Shown piece by piece: positions 1-7,582 of a stretch of 64,000 bases of DNA. A program made the translations under genes and the position numbers. This DNA comes from Salinivirgaceae bacterium (lineage in GTDB: Bacteria; Bacteroidota; Bacteroidia; Bacteroidales; SZUA-534). The number at the start of each line of letters is the position of its first letter. Position 1 is the stretch's first letter. Location: NCBI GenBank assembly GCA_016284875.1, contig JAEEPS010000009.1, positions 287 through 64,286 of the forward strand, written 5' to 3'. The notes under the pieces are model-generated. The model saw nothing but the letters and a program-made list of their open reading frames with translations. It did not search any database and was not told the origin of the DNA.

Positions 1-35
1 AGGTTATCAACGTGTGCGGCGGAATGCTCACCTGA
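1..35 (+). CDS. fabG: 3' end of 3-oxoacyl-ACP reductase (SDR family), partial
   Basis: Frame from base 3 reads VINVCGGMLT-stop (TGA 33-35), matching the typical Bacteroidota FabG C-terminus GQV(I/L)xV(C/D)GGM. Only 10 codons are visible. Confidence 0.6.
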   Translation, partial: VINVCGGMLT

Positions 36-59
36 TAGCCATACTGCTGGCATCAGACT

Positions 60-2129
60 ATGACACAGTTCGTTGTGCCGATACTGATTGGCTTGCCCGT
101 GGCCGCCGCCGTGGCGTGGTGGCTCTATTCGGGCGCAAAGGTCAAATCGCAGGCCGACAAGCGGCAACGCGCCGTTTTGGCGGCTTTGCGTTTTCTGGCC
201 GTGCTTGCGCTTTGTGTTGTGGTGGCTGGCATAACGCTGAAAATCAGTCACAAACAAGTGCAACACCCAATAGTGTTGGTGGCTCAGGACAATTCGTCGT
301 CGATTGTGGCAAATGCCGATTCGGCCTGGTACAGAACCAGTTATATCGAGCAAATCGAAAAACTTAAGAAACAACTGAGCGGCAAATTCGTAGTCCGCCC
401 AGTTGTTTTTTCTGATAAAGTAACTGAAAACGAGCCGATTACCTTCGATGGCCAGACCACCAATATTGCCGCCGTATTCGACTATGTGCAGACGAATTTC
501 TACGGCGAGAACATTGGTGCGGTGGTGATTGCGTCGGATGGCATTGTGAATCAGGGCGTTGACCCGCTCCACAAGGTGGGCTCGTTCAATAAGCCAATCT
601 ACACCATTGCCCTTGGCGACACGCTGTCGCACCCCGATTTGTCGATTGACCGCATTGTGGCCAACCGAACGGCCTTCCACCATTCGCGTTTTCCGATAAT
701 GGTTTGCCTGAAAGGCGAAAAAGTGCCTGCTGGCAATTATCAACTTGCTGTTGTTGAGGGCGATAAGATGCTCGAAAGCCGTTCCGTCGCAATCAATTCC
801 GATTACATTTACCAGAAGGAACTTTTTTATATCGATGGTGCCGACGAAGGTTTGCACCGCTACGATGTGCGCATTGATGTGCCTGAAAATGACGCGAATA
901 GGCAGAATAACCGCCGCAGCGTGGTTGTCGATGTCAGCGACAAGGTTGTCAACGTGCTTCTGCTGCAAAATTCGTGGCACCCCGATGTGTCGGCCATTGC
1001 GCAGGTGCTGTCGCGAAACGAGCGTTACAAACTGACAATAAAGAATATAGCCGATTTCGATGGTCGGCTTGCCGATTATTCGCTGCTCATTCTGCACCAG
1101 TTGCCCTCGGTGCAGCACAGGGCGCAAAAAATTGTGGAGCAGGCGCGTGAGACCGAGTTGCCAATGCTGTTTGTCGTTGGTAATCAGACCGATATGAAGG
1201 CTTTGGGTTCGATTGCACCCGCCGTTGGCATTGAGCAGAAACGTGGAGGCAACGAGGATGCCTTTCCGCTGCTAAATTCTGATTTTCAGTTCTTTAAAAT
1301 CGATTTCGATGCAACGCAGACCTCGCTTTTCCCGCCACTGAATGTGCCTTACGGCGACTATCGCACCGCGCCAGTGGGGCAAGTGCTTTTCTATCAGAAG
1401 ATTGGCGCGGTCGGCACTCAGCGGCCGCTAATCTATTTCGCCACAACGGCCACGCAAAAAATCGGTGTGGTGGCAGGAGAGGGGCTTTGGCGCTGGCGCC
1501 TGGCCGATTACGCGTCGAACGGTTCGCACTCTGTGACCGATGAAATTATCACTAAATCAATACAATATCTTTGCACAAATGAAAAGAAGGACCGCTTTGA
1601 GGTGACGGTTGCCGATGTTGTGCCAATGCACCGCGAGGTGCTTTTCGATGCCGTGCTCTACAATCTTTCGATGGAGCCTGTCACCACGGCCGAGGTGGTT
1701 CTCGAACTGACCAACCCCGCTGGAAACCGCATTAAATCGGCGTTCCAGCCGACGGCTGCGGGCTACGCGCTCAACATTGGCCGCAAACCCGCTGGCCTTT
1801 ACCGCTACACCGCCACCGCCACTTTGGGCGACGAGGTGCTGACGCGCCGTGGACAGTTTATGGTTGTTGAGGAATCGGCCGAGATGAGCAGCCTCAAAGC
1901 CGACCATAGTTTGCTATTCCAACTCGCCGACAGCCACGGAGGACAAATGTTCACGCCCGATAATCTCAACAGCCTTGCCGATGCAATCATTGCCAATAAT
2001 GAAATTGCTGATTCAGTGATTGTTACCAACGAACTGCTCCGCATTATCGACCTTCTACCGATTCTGCTTCTCGCCCTCGCTTTCCTTTCGGCAGAGTGGT
2101 TCTTGCGGAAGTTTTGGGGGATGGATTGA
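60..2129 (+). CDS. VWA-domain membrane protein (N- and C-terminal TM helices)
   Basis: 689-aa ORF. N-terminal TM pair, MIDAS-like DNSSS and later SDG motifs, GEGLWRWRL motif, C-terminal EWFLRK TM end typical of this Bacteroidota family. Confidence 0.75.
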   Translation: MTQFVVPILIGLPVAAAVAWWLYSGAKVKSQADKRQRAVLAALRFLAVLALCVVVAGITLKISHKQVQHPIVLVAQDNSSSIVANADSAWYRTSYIEQIEKLKKQLSGKFVVRPVVFSDKVTENEPITFDGQTTNIAAVFDYVQTNFYGENIGAVVIASDGIVNQGVDPLHKVGSFNKPIYTIALGDTLSHPDLSIDRIVANRTAFHHSRFPIMVCLKGEKVPAGNYQLAVVEGDKMLESRSVAINSDYIYQKELFYIDGADEGLHRYDVRIDVPENDANRQNNRRSVVVDVSDKVVNVLLLQNSWHPDVSAIAQVLSRNERYKLTIKNIADFDGRLADYSLLILHQLPSVQHRAQKIVEQARETELPMLFVVGNQTDMKALGSIAPAVGIEQKRGGNEDAFPLLNSDFQFFKIDFDATQTSLFPPLNVPYGDYRTAPVGQVLFYQKIGAVGTQRPLIYFATTATQKIGVVAGEGLWRWRLADYASNGSHSVTDEIITKSIQYLCTNEKKDRFEVTVADVVPMHREVLFDAVLYNLSMEPVTTAEVVLELTNPAGNRIKSAFQPTAAGYALNIGRKPAGLYRYTATATLGDEVLTRRGQFMVVEESAEMSSLKADHSLLFQLADSHGGQMFTPDNLNSLADAIIANNEIADSVIVTNELLRIIDLLPILLLALAFLSAEWFLRKFWGMD

Positions 2130-2144
2130 TTTTCAAAATACAAT

Positions 2145-2174
2145 AAAAAAGCCACCAAAAAGGTGGCTTTTTTT
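2145..2174. terminator. Bidirectional intrinsic terminator
   Basis: aaaaaagccacc-aaaaa-ggtggcttttttt hairpin with A/T tracts, between convergent genes. Confidence 0.85.
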
Positions 2175-2252
2175 GTATTTTCAATTCACTATAACTTGAT
2201 ATGCGACGTTTTCTACACAATAGATGTGAATTTTGATTGACTTACAAGCATT

Positions 2253-2972
2253 TTACTCATTATCAATTGGCGCAGGTACCAAAGTGTAACTTTCTAAATG
2301 TTCGTGATTTTCTGTTTTGTAAAAGTAATACACGAATACCTTATTGCTGCGATGCACTTCATCATTACAAACAAACATTAATTCATCATCGTAACGACCT
2401 TCAATCTCGTATAACACAGAAGGTTTATCTGTGTTATAATATAATGGTTGCAATGACGGGTAACAGATAAATTTTATCTTGCTGCACGAATTGAGGCGGT
2501 CTGCTATTCTGGCAGTATCAGTAATTCTGTTACGAATGTTAAAAGTGGTAGCCACATTTGTCGCTTTGACAGTTCGTATTATCTGATTGTTGTCAGTTAT
2601 CGTAAATGTTTCTTCGCTGTTGATTTTTTCCTTGTATGGATACCAACACCAAGTAGTGTCTACTATAGTTTCCCTAATACCCCAATCAACGTAAAAACCT
2701 CCCAACTCTTCGTCATATACATTTGTCAGTTTATAGTCAACGAAATTATAACTAGACAAAGCACCTGTGGGCCACCATTGATTTATCAAAACATCAGGAT
2801 ACAATTGGATTGTATCATAGACAACTATTGTGTTGTATTTCACATCGTAACTGTTTCGTTCAAGAATGTTGTACGTAACAGTTTTCTGTTCATTTTCCTC
2901 GTTTGGTGAGGTGCAACCTTCAATGACAAAAGCACTGGCAATTGCAATTGAAAAAAGAATTAAATTTCTCAT
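2253..2972 (-). CDS. Hypothetical lipoprotein (AT-rich cargo gene)
   Basis: 239-aa ORF, signal peptide with lipobox-like IEGC; visibly AT-rich; no family recognised. Confidence 0.65.
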   Translation of the reverse strand: MRNLILFSIAIASAFVIEGCTSPNEENEQKTVTYNILERNSYDVKYNTIVVYDTIQLYPDVLINQWWPTGALSSYNFVDYKLTNVYDEELGGFYVDWGIRETIVDTTWCWYPYKEKINSEETFTITDNNQIIRTVKATNVATTFNIRNRITDTARIADRLNSCSKIKFICYPSLQPLYYNTDKPSVLYEIEGRYDDELMFVCNDEVHRSNKVFVYYFYKTENHEHLESYTLVPAPIDNE

Positions 2973-3001
2973 TTATTAAAGTTTAAATTGTTTTATGAAA
3001 T

Positions 3002-3817
3002 TTATTTATCCCATTCTATCATAGTTACTGGCATATTTGGCCGATTCCATTTGAGGTGTAAATCTTTGGTTAACTTATTTTTGAAGGTATAAAGAGAAGA
3101 CTTGTCTATTTTATCTTTGCTGATGTTCAAAGAGTTAACCAAGTAATCTGTAAATTCTTCTTGTTGGTCAGAAGTCAATCGTGGGTCAAGGAAGAATCTG
3201 TCAAATATATAATCGGTATCTATGTCAAATTCAATATGTTCGTATGATTCCGCGTCGTTATTGTCAACACAAACAATAATGCGGTATTCATTCTCGTGAG
3301 CATACGCCCATCTTTTCACAAATAATGATTTGATTAAATGGTCTTTTTCGGGTTCGTTTAGCCATTTTTTAAAACTTTTTGGCCCCATATATTTGACTTT
3401 TCCCATATAAGCATACTTCTCACATTCTATGTCGGAGATAGGTTTATTTATGGCCTCTTTTAGTTTTGGTATTGTTGTTTTTACTTTTATTGCAGTGTCT
3501 TGCAAATTGTTGATAGACAGCCCTTCTAACGGCATTTTAGAATAAATCCTCCACATAGCATCCGAACTTTGATTAAATGTCCACGACTGTCCGTAAACAA
3601 TAGATTTTTTCAGTGTCGAATCAGGTTTATACAAAGAGTTAAATACACAATTCTCGTACACATCCCCGTCTTTCTCTACCACCCGTTCCCAACTTTCTGT
3701 ACGATTCAATCTTAACCTTTTGTGGGTTAGAATTAACTGCAAGTGTTTCCATTTGAAGAACTTATATATATATTCCTCATTATTTTGTTTCTGGCTTGAT
3801 AGTTCTGAATTGCCCAT
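3002..3817 (-). CDS. DUF2971-like protein
   Basis: 271-aa AT-rich ORF with the family pattern YIYKF...SWT...SDAMWRIYS...KVKY...KRWAYAHENEYRII. Confidence 0.7.
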   Translation of the reverse strand: MGNSELSSQKQNNEEYIYKFFKWKHLQLILTHKRLRLNRTESWERVVEKDGDVYENCVFNSLYKPDSTLKKSIVYGQSWTFNQSSDAMWRIYSKMPLEGLSINNLQDTAIKVKTTIPKLKEAINKPISDIECEKYAYMGKVKYMGPKSFKKWLNEPEKDHLIKSLFVKRWAYAHENEYRIIVCVDNNDAESYEHIEFDIDTDYIFDRFFLDPRLTSDQQEEFTDYLVNSLNISKDKIDKSSLYTFKNKLTKDLHLKWNRPNMPVTMIEWDK

Positions 3818-3884
3818 AACAAGAACCCTCCATTCCAGCCGATTCCCATTACTGGCTTAAATATTTAACTTGATTATTTGGCAT

Positions 3885-4195
3885 AAAAAAACGTGGGAAT
3901 CTGTTACTCGCTCCCACGATTCGCGGCCTTCGCATTGCCTTTGCTGTAAGATTGAGCAACGCGAAACCCACGCGGTTGATATGAATGATGCCAAAACGCT
4001 AACAAGTAGGCATAAAAAGCCACACTCATAGCGGTTTGCATTCATTTGCATAACCAACGTAGGCGCTCACCATTGCTTCTCTCTTTGACAGCAAATTCAA
4101 AAGTTGCGAAGTTTCGAATCGTCAAAGGAAAACGTCAGTAAACGTCTTTCAATATGTCAAGTCAGCATCTCACTCATTTGTAGAGAGGAGTGCAG
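3885..4195 (-). ncRNA. Putative structured RNA / long structured 5' leader ending in a terminator-like hairpin
   Basis: Several stems whose G-U pairs work only on the minus strand: 3892-3898/3912-3918 followed by U7; 3922-3938/3956-3972 (16 of 17 pairs); 3974-3991/4038-4055; 4062-4071/4137-4146 enclosing 4083-4089/4121-4127 and 4094-4102/4112-4120. Promoter -7 box immediately upstream. Confidence 0.6.
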
Positions 4196-4201
4196 ACAAA
4201 A

Positions 4202-4209
4202 CAAAAGTA
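4202..4209 (-). promoter_or_regulatory. Bacteroidota sigma-A -7 box for the structured element
   Basis: Minus strand reads TACTTTTG, matching TAnnTTTG. Confidence 0.6.
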
Positions 4210-4265
4210 CAAATGTTCAGTGTGAAATGAAAATGTTTTTTAGAGAGTAGGATAAAATAGAGAAT

Positions 4266-4862
4266 TTATTCCTCCACAATTTGTTCAGCCCATTCGGGAA
4301 GGGTTTGAACATATCGTTTTGCCACATTGCCATCGGCAAATCTAATCAGCAGCGTGGCTTCGGTGTTTTCGGCAGTGTTGTCGTAAAGATATACGCGATT
4401 AACCTTTTTCGCTATATATCTGCAATTTGAGATTGATTTTTGATAACGTGATATGATTTTTGGAATAGGCACATCGTGTCCGCCGTTCATCACTCTGTTT
4501 GCAATACGCGACGCATTGATGGCTGGCGATGCGGTGCAGACAAAAAACAATCGCACAAAGAAACCTGCCGCCAATGCTCTTTCTATATAGTTAATCTTGT
4601 CGTCGGCCGACAGAACGGTCTCAAAAATCAGGCTTTTCTTTTCTAAAAGGCATTTCTCGCGCCACTCTTCGCAGTATTTAATCGATTTCAGCACAGCATC
4701 TTCCGAATTCCAATCGCCAAAACGCTCCTGCGCAACAATGTCGGGGTTGATATACACGGAATTCTCCAACCACTCGTGATGCAGGATGCGGCTCGTCACA
4801 GAAGTTTTTCCCGACCCGTTCGGCCCTGCAACAACTATCAGCACTGGCTTTTTATCCGACAT
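4266..4862 (-). CDS. Zeta-toxin family P-loop ATPase/kinase
   Basis: AGPNGSGKTS Walker A, YINPD, FETVLS, RVMNGGHDVP and YLYDNT motifs of the short zeta-toxin family. Confidence 0.85.
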   Translation of the reverse strand: MSDKKPVLIVVAGPNGSGKTSVTSRILHHEWLENSVYINPDIVAQERFGDWNSEDAVLKSIKYCEEWREKCLLEKKSLIFETVLSADDKINYIERALAAGFFVRLFFVCTASPAINASRIANRVMNGGHDVPIPKIISRYQKSISNCRYIAKKVNRVYLYDNTAENTEATLLIRFADGNVAKRYVQTLPEWAEQIVEE

Positions 4863-5038
4863 TGTTTACCGTATTTCTTGTTGTATATCTCGCGAATCTC
4901 GTCGAAATATCTCCGCAGAGCCGCTTCGTTGCTTTTGCGGGCTTCTTCGGCGGCCTCACGCATAATGTACGACAACATCTCGTCAGTCGGTTCCTCCATA
5001 CTTGTCAGTCTGTATTTATTCACTTCCGCTTCCGACAT
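4838..5038 (-). CDS. Small helical protein, probable antitoxin of the zeta-like toxin
   Basis: 66 aa with EEPTDEMLSYIMREAAEEAR; directly upstream of the toxin ORF and overlapping it by 25 nt. Confidence 0.65.
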   Translation of the reverse strand: MSEAEVNKYRLTSMEEPTDEMLSYIMREAAEEARKSNEAALRRYFDEIREIYNKKYGKQCRIKSQC

Positions 5039-5113
5039 ATCTCACTGTTTTTGTTTGTATTACATTCAATTGTATGCTTCCTTGCGCCCAATCATCATAA
5101 ACACATAGCAAGA

Positions 5114-5121
5114 CAAAAGTA
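5114..5121 (-). promoter_or_regulatory. -7 promoter box for the TA pair
   Basis: Minus strand TACTTTTG about 75 nt upstream of the antitoxin start. Confidence 0.55.
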
Positions 5122-5181
5122 TAAAAAGTAGGTTTGAAAAGGAAAATGTTTTTTGAAACGAAATTCCTCGCAATCCGTTTT

Positions 5182-6231
5182 CTAAACAGATTTTATTCTT
5201 ACAAGCCCCACATTCCCAATCATTTCCTTGCTCTCGCTCAAGCCCGAAATGACAGGCGCCTTCACGCCGCCGCCCAAAACCACAGGGCTTTTGAAAATCA
5301 GCGCTTCGTCCCACAATCCAGCATTGATGAACGATTGCAGCAAGCGCGTGCCGCCTTCAACAATCAGTTGGTTGATTTGCGCGTCGTACAGCCGCTGCAT
5401 TAGCGCGGGCAGCATTGCGTCGCCCCACGGCAGCAGAACGTTTTGCAGATTTCCGGTGTCGTCGTTGTTAATTGTGTTCAACCGCCACGTTGGCTGACTG
5501 CGGTCGAAAATATGCAGATTGCCAGGCAGTTGCAGCGCACGGTCGGTAACAATTCGTAGCGGGTCGCGGCCAGTCCACGCACGAACGTTGAGTTGCGGAT
5601 TGTCGAGCAGCGCGGTGTTGTAGCCCACCATTATTGCGCCCGATTCGGCCCGCCAGCGGTGAACCAGCGCGCGGCAGGCGTCGTTGGTGAGCCACACGGG
5701 GCGGTTGTTCTCGGGCGAGCGCTCGCCGTCGATGAATCCGTCGGCCGATTCGGCCCATTTCAGAATCACATACGGGCGTTTTTTTGTGTGAAAAGTGATG
5801 AAAGCGCGGTTCAACTGTCGGCATTCGTCTTCCAGAACGCCAACTTTCACATTGCAGCCCGCCGCCCGCAATTTATTGATTCCGTTGCCGTTAACCTTCC
5901 CGAAAGGGTCAACCATACCAACCACTACGTTTGGAATTTTGCGGCTGATAATCAGGTCAGCGCAAGGTGGCGTTTTGCCGTAATGGCTGCACGGCTCAAG
6001 GCTTACGTAAATGGTTGAGCGGCAGAGCAATTCGGGATTTTTGACGGCTGCAATGGCGTTCACTTCGGCGTGCGCTTCGCCGCAGCGGTGGTGGTAGCCT
6101 TCGCCGATAATCGCGCCGTCGCACACCACAACCGCGCCCACCATTGGGTTCGGGGCGGCCGTCCCAGCGCCCAGCGCGGCCAGTTGCAGGCACCGCCGCA
6201 TAAAAAATTCGTCGTTCACTTGCTCGTTCAT
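5182..6231 (-). CDS. ribD: Bifunctional riboflavin biosynthesis deaminase/reductase RibD
   Basis: NPMVGAV, HAEVNAI, SLEPCSHYGKTPPC zinc motifs; LKWAESADG and VEGG reductase motifs. Confidence 0.97.
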   Translation of the reverse strand: MNEQVNDEFFMRRCLQLAALGAGTAAPNPMVGAVVVCDGAIIGEGYHHRCGEAHAEVNAIAAVKNPELLCRSTIYVSLEPCSHYGKTPPCADLIISRKIPNVVVGMVDPFGKVNGNGINKLRAAGCNVKVGVLEDECRQLNRAFITFHTKKRPYVILKWAESADGFIDGERSPENNRPVWLTNDACRALVHRWRAESGAIMVGYNTALLDNPQLNVRAWTGRDPLRIVTDRALQLPGNLHIFDRSQPTWRLNTINNDDTGNLQNVLLPWGDAMLPALMQRLYDAQINQLIVEGGTRLLQSFINAGLWDEALIFKSPVVLGGGVKAPVISGLSESKEMIGNVGLVRIKSV

Positions 6232-6242
6232 TGGCGCTCGTT

Positions 6243-6250
6243 TACATTTG
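6243..6250 (+). promoter_or_regulatory. -7 promoter box just upstream of prmC
   Basis: TACATTTG ends 4 nt before ATG 6255. Confidence 0.5.
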
Positions 6251-6254
6251 CATT

Positions 6255-7115
6255 ATGGACAGGACGTTAGCCTTCATTCAGTCGGAAATGCGCCGCCAGT
6301 TGGCGCCCGTGTACTCGCCGCGCGAATTGCAACAAGTTGTGTTTGAACTACTTGAGCACTTCGGATTCACGCGCGTTCAGGTTATCGCCTATCCCGATGC
6401 AAAAATATCAGAAACTGATTACGAACAACTGCAACTGATGCTAAAAAGGCTTGCCGATGGTGAGCCATTGCAGTATGTTGTTGGCACAGAATGGTTTATG
6501 GATATGCCTTTCAGCGTTTGCCGCGATGTGCTGATTCCGCGCCCCGAAACCGAAGAGTTGGTGCGGCTCATTGTCGGGCGCTGCAAACTGCCGTCGCCGC
6601 GGATTGTCGATGTTGGCACAGGCAGCGGCTGCATTGCCGTTTCGTTGGCCAAACTGATTGATGGTGCGCAAGTTACGGCTGTCGATGTGTCCGCTTCCGC
6701 GATTGAAGTGGCCAGACGCAATGCTGAGCAGAACGGCGCGCAGGTTGAGTTTGTTTGCGCCGATATTCTTACTGATAATCAGTTGTTTGCGCCGTCGAGC
6801 ATTGATATTGTGGTGAGCAATCCGCCCTACGTCACCGAGACCGACAAAAGCCAGATGAGCCGCAATGTGCTTGATTTTGAGCCGCATTTGGCGCTTTTCG
6901 TGCCCGATTCCGACCCGCTGCTGTTCTACCGCCGCATTGCCGAGTTGGCGCAGCAATGGCTCAAATCGGGCGGAATGTTGTTCTTCGAAATCAACGAGCG
7001 TTTTGGTCCTGAAACGGTGCAATTGCTTGAGAATATGCGGTTTGACAACGTTGAGTTGCACCGCGACTTTTACGAAAAAAACAGAATGGTGAGTGCCGTA
7101 TGGAACGTGAAATGA
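6255..7115 (+). CDS. prmC: Release factor glutamine methyltransferase PrmC/HemK
   Basis: GEPLQY, VLIPRPETEELV, DVGTGSGCIA, VSNPPY motifs. ATG 6255 preferred to the TTG at 6231, which collides with the ribD start. Confidence 0.95.
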   Translation: MDRTLAFIQSEMRRQLAPVYSPRELQQVVFELLEHFGFTRVQVIAYPDAKISETDYEQLQLMLKRLADGEPLQYVVGTEWFMDMPFSVCRDVLIPRPETEELVRLIVGRCKLPSPRIVDVGTGSGCIAVSLAKLIDGAQVTAVDVSASAIEVARRNAEQNGAQVEFVCADILTDNQLFAPSSIDIVVSNPPYVTETDKSQMSRNVLDFEPHLALFVPDSDPLLFYRRIAELAQQWLKSGGMLFFEINERFGPETVQLLENMRFDNVELHRDFYEKNRMVSAVWNVK

Positions 7116-7570
7116 CCTTTGACGAAGCCCTTGAACGCTGCCGCTTTTTAGCCGCAAAAGGCGAATGCTGCACTTTCGACCTTGAGCAGAAAATGCGCAA
7201 TTGGGGCGTACAGTCAGCAGATATTCAGCGAGTTATCGAGTCGCTCGTTGCAGAGCGCTTTGTCGATAATTTGCGCTTTGCCACCGCCTACGTGCGCGAC
7301 AAAACGCGCTTCAACCATTGGGGGCGGGTGAAAACCACGCTGATGCTGCGCCAGAAGCATATCGACAAACAGGTTATAAATGAAGCCTTTAACGAGTTGC
7401 CCGAATCGGACTATCAGCGTGCCTTCGAAGCCGAGCGCGACAAAAAACTGCGCCAGTTACGCGCTCTGAAGCCCTTCGAACGCAACCGCAAAACCGCAGC
7501 CTATCTAATTCAAAAAGGCTTTGAACCTGATTTCGTGTTCAAGAATCTGAATGTGGAAGATGCTGATTAG
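7112..7570 (+). CDS. recX: Regulatory protein RecX
   Basis: FVDNLRFA..YVRDK.RFNHWGRVK and YLIQKGF motifs; ATGA overlap with the prmC stop; prmC-recX order is typical of Bacteroidota. Confidence 0.88.
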   Translation: MTFDEALERCRFLAAKGECCTFDLEQKMRNWGVQSADIQRVIESLVAERFVDNLRFATAYVRDKTRFNHWGRVKTTLMLRQKHIDKQVINEAFNELPESDYQRAFEAERDKKLRQLRALKPFERNRKTAAYLIQKGFEPDFVFKNLNVEDAD

Positions 7571-7582
7571 CAATCGATAAGC

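Noticed and set aside
2184-2210. Canonical chromosomal dif site
   Set aside because: Arm spacing is 2 nt short and the XerD arm has 3 mismatches; not called as a feature.
3734-3852. Short alternative-frame ORF MGIGWNGGFLLWAIQ... overlapping the DUF2971-like start
   Set aside because: Under 40 codons with no independent support; cannot be told apart from chance.
3857-4057. 66-aa minus-strand ORF inside the structured element
   Set aside because: No recognisable protein features, and it runs through a terminator-like hairpin. RNA structure explains the sequence better, although a leader peptide is not excluded.
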